A DNA stretch of 60,407 nucleotides, the filler included, from Platydemus manokwari (taxonomy: Eukaryota): the NCBI GenBank assembly GCA_037951405.1. It is 5 parts of 5 records of this genome, joined end to end, with 100 filler letters (N's around TTAATTAATTAA, not from the genome) between each part and the next. Parts side by side here need not be neighbours in the genome. Positions count along the whole stretch, not along the records: positions 1 to 13,806 come from JBBMOY011618073.1; 4 more parts are not named here. One strand, written 5' to 3'. The notes beneath the pieces were generated by a model. It made no database searches. It saw only the letters and a program-made list of their open reading frames with translations, and was not told where the DNA came from. A program made the position numbers and the translations under genes. Each line of letters begins with the position of its first letter. Positions within the stretch are counted from its first letter, which is position 1. Shown here piece by piece: positions 1 to 11,880 of the stretch.

Positions 1-3000
1 TTCCGGGATTCAGCTGAAAGAGATGGCCACAATTGATTCATCATAATTTAACGAAAAATATACAGACAAGGAAAGATGAAAATATGAGTATAAAAATGCA
101 TGAATCATAAAAAACATTAATTGATTCAACAATCAGTCTTAAATTCTTGATTCAACAGAATTCAGTCCCCTATTGATTCAAGAAGTAATCTTATAATTTA
201 CACACAACTCATTGATTAATACACATGAAGCACAATTGGCAAACCCCAGAAAATTCTACACAAACGACAGTATATAATCTACACGGAATTATCGATTAGG
301 AAATTGTATTTGAATGTATAATTCTCCAACTAAGAAGAACATTGAAATCGGAGGAACTTGAAATTCCCACAGCCCGAGCAAAGCAAAATATTGTATTATA
401 ATTGGTTAAAAGTTAAAAATTTTATTAAATTACCATTGTTATTAACTGTGTCTTGGGCCCAGCCCAACCAATATTTAATTAATCATTAAATTTTAAAATA
501 AAAATAATCTTTTATCATCTGTGTAGTTGCGGAACTATTAGGTCTCAACTATCATCACTAAATTTGAGGTCCGCTCAAGGTACTTGTGACCGCATCTTAC
601 TACAGTAGTCGATAATCAATCAAATTGATGTCCCTGGCTATTTGTTAATTAATATTATTCAATTGTTATTGTTAATCGATATTTGTTAATAATTCATATT
701 TGTAATCATTTATTTTGTTACGGAATCGACAATTCGACAAATAATTCTTGCGTAACAATATCTCATGCGTTACAGTTTCATCTGAATAGACAATTTTATA
801 ACATTTATTTCCACAATTTTATCATTTGTGCATATGTAGCGTTTGTGTATAAATGTAACAATTTTTATCTGAATTTTTAAAGCAACAATTTTATTTGTAA
901 CAATTTATATTTCCGTTCGGATGAACATTTGAATCAATTTACTTTTATTTATTTTTTAAAGGAACTTCTGGACGGTTTAATCAATATGATAAAGACAATA
1001 ATAATATTGATTAAAGAACACGGTTAACTTTATATGAAAAATATTTATAATATTTATAATAAATCAGGATTTTTAGTAATATAAAATATACTAATAAGGG
1101 TTTAATGGATAATAACTTCCAATATCAATTCGTGGATAAAGAATTATTTCAACAGAATTAAACATGAAATTCCTATAGAATAAAATAAAATGCATCAAAA
1201 TAAACCAGAATGTGTAACGATTAAAATCTAGATCGGAAAACGTATAAATAGAGGTTCAAGCATCATAATTTTGCAACGTTATTACCTCACAGATCGGCCC
1301 TTCGATATAAGAAACCACTAAATTGCATGATCATATTTGCCATAGCAGAAGCCGTTCTTATATGCCATTTATTTTGCAACGTAGGTCCGATTTTTATTTA
1401 AATCACTGATTTGTCTTGTAGTCATAATATATGTCCTACTATCGAGTTTATACTCAAAGTGCTTGATAGTTAAAGGTATTGCTCCAAGAGAAGGAGTTTA
1501 TTAACCTTGTTCTTGTCCATAAGTTTGATAAGGCTACTTGCAATTAAATTGAATTATTGTAAAATCATTGTCATTTTTATATTCGGTGTTAACTTGTAAG
1601 ATTTTATATATTTGATGTTTAGTTGTAAAAGTTGTTATATCAATAAACGTATTGTAAACCAAACTCGTGTGTTGATTGATTGAAGTAAATCATTATAAAT
1701 TAATATTGAGACTGATGGTTTTAAAATTATCAAGGTCATTTTTATCACACATATTATCTCCATATAATATTGTGTGCTAGAAGAAATAAACAAATGAAAG
1801 GTTTTAATAGTCTGAACCTTGGGCTTGATTAGAACTCATAGAGACTAATCAAGACAACAGTGATCTTACAATAATTAGAAACTGATAGAATCAAAGAACA
1901 AATTACAACCTTCAAACACAACAATTTTAGAGCAATTATATATTATTGTTTTATTTTATTTACAGTAATCTTATCTCCGTCATTTTAATTCATTGCCTTC
2001 TACAGTCAGGTAGAGCTTATAATTAATAAAATTAAACCTTCTGAAGTTTGGAATGAGTCAAAACCAAACAATACCAATAGGCATAGATATGAAATCACGA
2101 CAACTCGAAGTAGATTCGAAAATAAAACAGATAAAATCACCATAATCAATTCTCTAATGAATTCTGAAGGAAAATATTTTTACTGATATACTACAAACGA
2201 CAAAACACCTACAGGTCAAAATGATGTGCCAAATATAGAATATATGCCAGTAGGGAGAACAGCAAATAAACAATAATCGACAGCGACCCCGTTATCATAT
2301 CTATCAAAAAATTCGCAGGACACAATTGTAACTACTGGATCACAAAATTTCACAATGGAAGGAGCATACAAAAAACGGAGAGAGAACTAATGCATGAAAG
2401 AAAAACAAATGACTTATGGAAAAATAACGGATTTTGAGGAAACGAGGGAAAGAAATCAACAGAAAAAAGCAGCAACAAAGAAAACTTCGTCAGAATACAA
2501 ACTGAAAATATCAATATTAGTCCCAAGCAATACAAATCAAAATGCGAGGACGTATTTTAATCAACCACCCAATGTTGCGGGTTGATGGATAACAACTCAA
2601 ATCCATTCATTCTTCGAATGATCAACAGTTGCTCCTGAACAACAAATCTAAATCTTCGAAAACTGTCAACTCAAACTGGAGGGTTAACATGGATGAATGA
2701 TATTTATTTGACAATTTATTGATTTGATCTTTTATTGATATTATTTTATTGTTGGAAAATATAAATGTAAAATTTTATTCATTACTTGATTTTTTTATGG
2801 AAAATTTTATTGAAAATACAATGTAATTTTTTATCGAATTATTGAGAATATTGTAAAATTAAAAAAATATATTAATTAAAAAATAAAAAGAACTCTTTGG
2901 ACGGAAAATTAATTAAGAATAAGAAACTATTATTCATAATAATATGGACGAAATTTATAAATTAATTTTATTTATAATGAAGGTGGATTGATGATGAATA

Positions 3001-3464
3001 ATCAAATTAAAATAAATAAAATTGCCAGAGTAGACAAAGAATCTGACTTTATTAACCAATAGCGAAAAGGAAAATAAACAAATTGATAAATCATAATCCA
3101 CATAAGAAAATCGTACAAAAGCAGAAGCAAAAGTCAGAAAATCTCTCACAAAAATTGTTCACAAGTCTCAAACAAGAGAATTTGAAATCTTCAGAAATCC
3201 ATAACGAAACGAAACTTGAAAAATTATTTATGAAGAATAATAATTGTTAAATTAATACATTATCTCTAAGCCATTAGCGTATACTACTGATATTTAATAA
3301 AAAATCCTAAATATTTTAAATTAATTAATATTTTATTAATGAATTAAAAATTTTACATTTCATATATCATCAAAAACGGTAAAACAAATCAAAATGATTA
3401 TGTTGAGGTATTTTAAAATTGTATATAAAAACATTTCTTAAAATGTGTGAACTTTATTCTATCG

Positions 3465-4352
3465 ATGTCTGAAACTGTTTTAAATTATTTGGATTGCATT
3501 AAAACAGTATTTGTTGCACATTCAACCGATAGGGGCATGACTTATGCTCAAATGAAAAAAATCATCGAGTCAACATATCAGATTCAGTTTAAAAAGTATT
3601 CGCAATTTATCAGAAAAGTTCTTCTTGAAGCGATTGATGATGGCGTTATAATTAGAGTCGATAATAAAGGTACTGGATGCAATGGTCGATTTACTTTACC
3701 ATCTATGATCTCGTCAAATCAGATCTCTGATGATTTTGAACGTAATTGTGAATCTATACCCAATATAAATGAGTCTATATCAGCAACAACGACAACAAAA
3801 ACAGTAGGCGTATTGAAAAGCACTGTAAAAGATCGCAATATTGGTAAAAAAACGAAATCTGTTGCACAAAAATCTAAAAATAAAAATAATTTGAAAACCA
3901 ATATGCCAAGCGAATCCGCTGTTGTAAGCAAAATTAAAAAACCGACGAAAAAGATCAAAACTAAAACAGATGATAAAAATTGTAATCCAGTTGTTAAAGA
4001 AATGAATAACTTGATTATATCTGGAGAAATCAAGGAAAATAATACTTGTGAAAAACCAGTTAGAAGGACCCGTAAAACTGCTAAAACCCAAAGCAATGTT
4101 GAAGATAATTCTGAATCTTGTGATCCAAATAATCACATGGGAAAAGAATTAGTCAAGGTCGTGAAAAACCATGTAATGAGAAGAAAATTACGAAGTTTGC
4201 CAGATCTTATTGAAGATAATTCGAATGAAAATGAAATCAAAGATTCCAATGATCCAACAGGTGATAGTACAATAAATATAAAGCCAAAATCACCGGTTAA
4301 AAAATCCAGATTAGTCAAATCAAAAATTGGTGGTGCAGGTCCTAAAAAGTAA
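3465..4352 (+). CDS. Divergent linker histone H1/H5-family protein (H15 winged-helix domain plus long K-rich, partly acidic tail), intronless
   Basis: ORF from ATG 3465 (MSETVLNYLDCIK...). The first ~80 aa fit the H15 globular domain: Y..(C)I..., 'RGMTYAQMKKIIESTY', 'IRKVLLEAIDDGVIIRV', 'KGTGCNGRFTL' (cf. canonical KGTGASGSFKL). A K/T/S-rich tail with SPVKK follows. Stop is TAA at 4350-4352, with AATAAA at ~4463. Confidence 0.8.
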   Translation: MSETVLNYLDCIKTVFVAHSTDRGMTYAQMKKIIESTYQIQFKKYSQFIRKVLLEAIDDGVIIRVDNKGTGCNGRFTLPSMISSNQISDDFERNCESIPNINESISATTTTKTVGVLKSTVKDRNIGKKTKSVAQKSKNKNNLKTNMPSESAVVSKIKKPTKKIKTKTDDKNCNPVVKEMNNLIISGEIKENNTCEKPVRRTRKTAKTQSNVEDNSESCDPNNHMGKELVKVVKNHVMRRKLRSLPDLIEDNSNENEIKDSNDPTGDSTINIKPKSPVKKSRLVKSKIGGAGPKK

Positions 4353-6114
4353 ATTGAAAACTAGCTGCCCAATAATATTATCAAGTCAAAATATTGAACT
4401 ACGATTCTTTAAATGATATTTATCGTCGATTGTGCAATATATTTTTCATTCAAATATTTATAAATAAATTTAAACTGAGTTTTTTTTAATTAAAGATAAT
4501 GAATTTCAAAACTGAACAGTGTTATGGTTTTTGAAAACTTACTCGTCCTGAATACAAATTCGAATCAATAGGCTATGATCACTCAAATAAATATTATTTT
4601 AATTATAGTTTTTAAATACTGTGTTCAAGAAATAAGTCCATTCTTATTGTTAAGATATTGTAAGAAATACTGTACCAATAATTAAATTAAGAGGTGCTAT
4701 CTGATTTTGATAAGTAATAACCATAGTAATGAGCAAATCTACAATTGATAGTTTAATATAAATATATCATTACAAAATTCAGGAAGAGCTTCGTTAGAAC
4801 AATCTATTCCAAATAGCTAACCAAACAACTCTGTACAAATACGAAGTTTATGTGATATTAATAGGTTTGCTGTAAAATCAATAATGATATAATCGAATAT
4901 TATTTAGGAACTTCATTAGAGCTGTTCAATAGAAATTTAAAAAAGTATTTTTTGATTACATTAATTGAATACCATATACTTGCTTACAGTGTGTATTAAA
5001 TAACGGGGATATTTTTATTAAATTTTGAAAACAACAAATGACTGTGCTCTTCATAGTTCCAAATTAGAAAGTCAATGTGGGATGTATGTGATTACAATAA
5101 ATGAGTGGCTGACCAAAAATATAATCTTGGATTCATTTTGTATCAAGAATTCTATTACACCGCTTACTGACATGAATTCATGAAAATATCTTATAATAAA
5201 ATAGAAAAAAACATTATATATATTATTTATAAAATTATATAAATTGTGAACTGCTTTGCTAAATCTTAAAAAAGGATATGCTTGTTATAATTTTTATTAA
5301 AATCGAGATTTTCTATTACTGATCTTTGTTTAAATAAGTTATTAGCTAGTTGCTATCAACAAATGTCTGTGATTTCGATCAATTCCACTCCGATTAATTT
5401 ACTTACGTTGTAATGTAATTTCAAATAAATACCCGATATAAAAATATTATCTTCAGAAATTTTAAATAAAGGCTGAGTGTGTCTGTCTCCTGGTACTTTG
5501 CTCGCAGATAAAACCAATCATTTTCAGTTTACTATTGAACGATTGGAGCTACTGAAATGTGCGTCAATAGACTTTATAGCGAAAGTTAAGAGACAACCGT
5601 ATACAAGCTTGTCAATGACTTAATATTTAAAAAGTACCCAGATGACAACAAATTTTTCATGGAAGCAGAATTTAATTAATTTTGTGAATGATCGTTTTTA
5701 TATTAATGGAAATAGTAAGAAAGAAATATTAAATGCACGAAGATACTAAATATAATCCAATCAAATATTTTATAAGAATTGTCAGTATTTTAGCAATAAG
5801 ATATATTACCTAGTCTTCAAAATTGCGAGTTAGAACTTGACTGTCGGTTTTTATATAATGCATAACCAAAGAAGCGTGTGTTTATTTTGCTTTACTATGA
5901 TGCTTTTACATTTGCTCAAAATTCTGATTGAGGTATTGAAAATGAGTATGCTCAACAGGATGATGGGCTTAATTATACCCCCAGTTACGGGAAAAGCTCA
6001 CATAAACGATTTTCCAAAAGTCCCTATTTTTATTTTTATTTGATGAAAAATCTAAACTTTTCGGGACAGGCGAGACAATCACGAAGGTTGTACAATAATT
6101 ACGAGTTCTCCGAC

Positions 6115-7900
6115 ATGGATGACAAGTTCTATGTCTCTAGTCCCCAGAAAAATTCATATAAAAATGCTCTACATTTCAGAAACCAAAGTCCGAGAGGCTA
6201 GAGAGGTCAACATTTTGAAAAATTCAAAAATGACCAGAAAGTTGAGGCCTAGTTAATGGAGGATTTAAATAGGATCTTAGATGAGTATATACAATGACAA
6301 AGACGGCCATATCCAAGAACCAAGAAGATTAACTCCAGACCAAGATCAGGAAGAAGTGCTAATTTTCCGAATCTATGCCGATGCAGTCAAATATCGAGAA
6401 AATATGAATTATAATGACCAAATCACAAATAGAAAGAATCCGAAACCAATGCTAATTGATGATTAAGGTTTCCAAGAAGTCAAACCCAAAAAATGTCGCG
6501 AGAGAGAATAAAAAATTGAGCAAGCAAAATAATCAAAGACAAGTTGAGCAAATAGAAAAATGAAAATAATTGTGAGACCAGACAAATTGAGTGGAAAAAG
6601 TCAGAAATTCCCAACAAATTACTGTCAATGAGTTTGAATAAAACTTCAAACACAATCAACATTCAAATCAAATGTGATAACTTTGAATTCTCAAAACCAT
6701 ACCGGTGGAAACTAAGAAAATCTATCATAAAAGTGATTGGTCCAAGAACAACAAAAAAATTTATGGAGAAGAGACTGAAAGAAAAGAAAGTTTTGCCTTC
6801 TACAATCGAAAAATCGACTAAGTCCAAAGATAAAACACGTAAAAGTGATGACTCATATGAAGAATTTGTGAAAAAAATGGAATCATTCAATAATAGATCT
6901 GTCGACGTAGACAAATCTTCAGATAAATGATCGACCACTCATTCGGGCTAACGACGGGGAAAAATGACTGGATACAAGCATTATAAGTATCGACCTGACA
7001 TTAAATGGAAGCAGATGCGGAAAAAATAGCGAATTGTTTGCTAGTGCTACTCAAAGAGTCCGAACTTCGAACCCGATAAGAACTCCAATTATCCCAATCA
7101 ATGGGAGAAAATCAAACTTAATTCTAATACTCAACCAATCATCTAATGACTCCAGAAACAATTGATTGGGTCGCTCTGAGAAAGTAATCGGTGTTTCAAA
7201 ATATGACCCCTCAATGCCAGACAATCCACTCTGGTTTACCGGTAATCAGATGGACGACTTTATTACTGACAACATCTCACTAGAAGAGGCATACTACCTC
7301 AGCGAATGCTAGAATCTGTCAACTTTCTATCAACAGCAGCCAAATGATCATCACTCCAATCATCGTCTGAATCATTCACTGGTCATTGCTAATCGGTATC
7401 AAAAAGGAAGAATTTGTCCTTATTGATCCAATTGTGGAAGAAAGTACTTTTCTATGCAAAGCAACCGCAAATGCTAGTCGATTTATTAATTCGATCAAAC
7501 AATGTTAAGAATTGGCCAACTCAATACTGAATGCCCCAAACAGATACCGATCTAGACAATTTCAATACAGCATTGATGACTGCGAACCCCTAATTTGAGG
7601 TCACACGTTAAACATTGTCAATAATCTCGATATTAGAAACATTAACCTTGATGCCATTCGAACCGATGTCTACAGGAAAAAGATCTCGAACAAAATTACG
7701 ATCATCGTTTGAGGTCAACTGGAAAAAGCTCAAAACAAACATCAAGACGATCACCTACTCTTCTCAGAAAGGCATATGATTGTGCTGAGCAAGAAAAAAA
7801 TAAGATGTCGTAAATGTCTCATTCTAGAACCCCTTCTGAGCTGAGGCCTGGCGACCAGAAATGTAAATGATATCAAGAAAATCTTGTAATTCAAATTCCT
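6115..7900 (+). mobile_element. Decayed non-LTR retrotransposon fragment with a Ulp1/C48-like cysteine protease domain (NeSL/R5-like)
   Basis: Purine-rich broken ORFs span 6281-6930. The frame from 7344 reads MIITPIIV*IIHWSLLIGIKKEEFVLIDPI...RQFQYSIDDCEPLI*GHTLNI (His-Trp 7377-7382, Asp 7425, Cys 7581). It is preceded in another frame by NPLWFTGNQMDDFI. Weak 'IRCRKC' and 'LRPG' remnants lie near 7800-7850. Boundaries are approximate. Confidence 0.5.
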
Positions 7901-8203
7901 CGATAATCACGGCATCATTCAATCATCAATATGAATAAACTATTGTCTTCAATGAATCTCTTTTACAATCATTATTTCAAATAGTTTATAAATCATTTTT
8001 CAAATTAAAAAGAATTATTGATTTTTTCCATCCGGATCAAATGGTATTTGTGTAGTGAGACTCTAGGTGCGATGGGCTATTTGATTTATTTGTAGAAGAA
8101 TTATTTTCATAAATTAATATTATTAGCGTGGTTGATTATTATCAGTTAGTAATATCATTAATTATGTCAGTGACTGGAGTTCTTGTTTGGGCACGACTTA
8201 ATA

Positions 8204-8205
<2 letters not shown>

Positions 8206-8233
<28 letters not shown>
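8206..8233. repeat. (TA)n microsatellite
   Basis: Perfect TA dinucleotide run. Confidence 0.95.
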
Positions 8234-8239
<6 letters not shown>

Positions 8240-8384
8240 CGCGAGGATTTAATTACGTTTTTAAATTCTCCATGTTACTCTACTGACAATAAATTATCAA
8301 ATTATATAATCAAAGGAACAACAAAAACTTCTCATTGAATAAAACGTATATAACTAAAACATTATTCAAAAAATAAAATACCTA

Positions 8385-8677
8385 GGTGATCAAAATTCTA
8401 GACACTGTATATCAATCAGTTTTGCACCGAGCGAAGTTGACAAAAAGAACAATAGCCAATCGTTAACCGTATTTTTGGGATTTCTAATATTCTTCAAAAA
8501 TAAGGTACGTTTCTGCAATTTGTCGGAATTATACTCACGATTCTCTCTCAAAACAACATCCTTCACATATGTGGAAAGAATGAACTCGTTAATGAATTCC
8601 AACTTTCTACTCGAGCTGCCAATTGACTCGATTTTTACTTATATGTCTGAGTAGTTGTAATATTTCTTTATGTTCAT
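8385..8677 (-). pseudogene. Possible decayed exon with an RRM-like (RNP2) motif
   Basis: The frame from ATG 8677 reads MNIKKYYNYSDI*VKIESIGSSSRKLEFINEF...QKRTLFLKNIRNPKN...IDIQCLEF*. 'RTLFLKNI' resembles RNP2. An AG|GTATTT donor-like site lies just downstream. Confidence 0.25.
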
Positions 8678-11600
8678 TATTAGTTAAATTGCTTGACTGA
8701 TTCACATTTCCATTCACCTCAAAACCTTTAAAATTACATTAATTGTAATCCGTAATTTGTTCTGAATTTCTCCAATCCATCAATATTCTGTTTATTAATT
8801 AATATATAAATTCAGCATTTCAAGAATTAGACACGTAATTACACAAGTTGTAATATTACAACTAATGATATACGTTGTTGAGACAACAGGCCCACACCTC
8901 GGTTAGATCTTCATTAATTTTCGTCTACTCCAATCCTCCGAGTTCCAATCCCTCTGAATTCTTAAAATATCATTTATAATCGAAACTCAAATAATCAACT
9001 TTCGTCTTTATCAAATTTCATTTCTATCCAATCATCGTTCGGTTAGGCGCAAATTATCTAATTTTAACTAATGGCACAGAATAACTAATCTCAATTGTCA
9101 ATCAATGCAACACAACCACCGTTATCGATTACATGTGTGCACACACAATATGTTTATGTATGAGTCATGCAAAAAGATTATGCTTCGCAATCGTTGTCAG
9201 GTAATCGTTATAGAATGAAAATCACTATCATGGATGTTTATGAATTTCGTCCAAATTAATAGGATGATAAAGACTTAGAAAATATTTGTTTTTCTTTTAT
9301 TTATTTTTGACATTGTTAAATCTATAAAAAGTGGACATAGTGTGTGTGCGATTCTAGCTACCTTTACAGATCAATGAAATTCAGAATTGTTAGATTTTGT
9401 CGTTCCTGTTTCATAAAATTATCAAACACCAATTTTATGAAGATAATATTTCAATTATGTAATGCATTACCATCGATACGGTATTGATGCACTGTTAGTG
9501 GTAATTTTTCTGGTTTCATCAAGTAGAAAATCCTGAATGCAATCGCAACCGTTCCGTTATTCAGATTTATCATTCAGTTAAGATATATGAATCAAGTCAA
9601 TTCATGTGATAAGCAATATTTGTCTAAAATATTCATAAAAATATAAATATGGTGATTCCTTTCTGTCAACAAAAAGGCGAAAATCAATATTATGTGAAAT
9701 AAAGACCATCATTAAATTGCTAAAAATCTTGTTTCTTTTCCTAAAATGGCATAGAATACTAATTTAATTTTTTGAGTGTTTAGTTTTTCTTCAATTTAAA
9801 AGCTTGATTTTTCAATCACAATCAAGATATTTTTATGAGTTCTCCATTCCTACAATAATTTTATAAAAGGAACACATAAATGTAAATAAAATATTTATTT
9901 ACAAATTTTTGGTCGTTGTAAAAATAAAAATACCCCATTAACTTGACTGATACCATTAAATATCTGTTTCCACTCTTACATTTTAAGATTTTGTAGTATT
10001 TAAAGACATTTCTTAAGTCTGTTTATTAAACATGTGACTCTAACACTGGTTTTATAATTATTGATGTAGTGATCTTCACACTGAAAAGATTCATATTTTG
10101 TAACAACACTTATTTAATAACACAATTTTAGAAATATCAGTTGGTGTGTGATTAATTCATATCATGCTTGATGAAAATCTAACTTCAAGAAGAAAGTCAT
10201 ACTATTAAATAGCCGTTGTTTCTACCATAATATTTAGAGGATTTAAATCATTATGCGTGAATGCATAAAATTAAATAAACTAAGCACAATTATTCTTGTA
10301 TTCTAGATGTTATTAAACTGTTAAAAAATACAGTCAATATTTTCAAAAACTGCTTTACTTGAACTTATCTGTTTACAAGAAATAACAAGCAGGCAAAATA
10401 TGCTTGAGCTGGTTAAGAGTGAATTGAATATCAAAGAGTCCAAAATAATAAAATTTTATATTCAAGTTTCTAAATATATAAAAGCCAACCGAGAAAATGA
10501 GATTTCATTACCAAGAGATCATGGAGAATAATGACAATAAATTCTTAATTTTTGTTTCTTTAGTTATTTCTGTGTTATAGATTTGGTGAAACTCTCAATG
10601 CGCAATTATTTAATAAAGATTTTATCCAGTTATTTTCCAGCTATTTCAGAACATCTTTAATATAATATTATAGGTTAAAATGATTTGAAATGATTCCAAT
10701 AAAAATGAAATTCACCTTTCGTTGCAAATGTAATGCTGATAAAAGCTATTATAAATTGCATTGAAGTTTTTAATTTATCTTTTCAAAAAAGCAAATTTTC
10801 AATAATTTACTCTAATTAAATATCTTGAATACCTCTGATTTCGAGTATCAGTGACTTACCATGGATCTTTGAAGGGATGATTTATTAGAACTAAAATCTA
10901 ATAAAAATCTGGTTTTATTTATTTTAAATAAACAATGATAACTCGTACATGTTATATATTAATATAAATATCTTATAAATAAACCTTTAATTATGTAATC
11001 ACAACATCGAAGTCAAAAGTTTATATTTCAATGGTTTGAAAAGGAAATTTGAACGAAAATGTGTGATATGCACACCTTAGTAGTCGATTATGCAATATCT
11101 AATCATTTTAATCATAAATTATTTTTGAAATATAGCTGGTTTTTCATTTTTGTTGACCCCATAGACATCAAACATTAATAATGAAATAATGCAGTAATAA
11201 ATTAAAAATAGACTTCAAGTTGATATATAACAAAAATCTAGTTGACTTGATAACTGTAGATAATATATAATTCGTATCATAAAACTTTGAACGTTAAGCT
11301 TCGAGAAGTTTCGAAGTTGACAGTAATAATTTTTTGTTTATTAGTTTTAATGGAGTATTTAACAAAAATTTAATAATTTAATAAACGCTTTAAAAGATGA
11401 TTGTGATAATCTTTCATCGAATTGGTTTCAACCAAGATGAAATTTTTCAACAAAGTTATATCGATATTTTGAAATACTTTAAAAGCTCTAATGTTGGTCT
11501 TAAAATAGTTTCGAATCAAATTTGAAGAGTTTTAGTGATCAACATTTTCCGTTGTATTCAAATGTATATATCGTTATGCCGCATTGGTGATGTGATTAAA

Positions 11601-11809
11601 TTTTTATATAAAATACAGGTGACATTTTCGAAAATGAACAAATAAAATTACACTGCAAAAAGCATGTTTTCAATAAAATATCATATTTATAATTAGCCTA
11701 TAATGATATGATTATACCAAAACAATTCTATATTCAAATCGTAAACCTGAACGAATAAAATAAAATCCTAAGCGTTGGATCAAATATTGTTTTACAATTT
11801 CTTTTTTAA

Positions 11810-11880
11810 CACATTGACGGACAGTAGGAACAAATGAAGTTCGAAATTGACGGTTATAGACGCAAGTGTCCGTCAACGTG
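11810..11880. mobile_element. 71-bp piggyBac-type miniature element (MITE)
   Basis: TTAA flanks both sides (11806-11809 and 11881-11884). Terminal inverted repeats CACATTGACGGACA / TGTCCGTCAACGTG match at 13 of 14 positions. Confidence 0.75.

Noticed and set aside
1211-2700. Possible LTR (TGT..., TATAAATA, AATAAA) followed by a decayed gag-like frame
   Set aside because: No second LTR, target-site duplication, primer-binding site or recognisable gag/pol motif was found.
3719-4318. Minus-strand ORFs 3719-4096, 3780-4136 and 4133-4318
   Set aside because: These are hydrophobic antisense shadows of the Lys-rich H1 ORF.
5449-5813. Helitron-like element (5' TC, GTGTGTCTGTCT, 3' CTAG|T)
   Set aside because: No subterminal hairpin and no second copy in the window; the motifs are too short to support a call.
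10860-10900. Candidate micro-exon on the minus strand ending ATG|GTAAGT
   Set aside because: It is isolated, and no partner exons could be linked in phase.
11299-11313. Perfect heat-shock element TTCnnGAAnnTTC
   Set aside because: About one such match is expected by chance in 60 kb of AT-rich DNA, and there is no adjacent gene.
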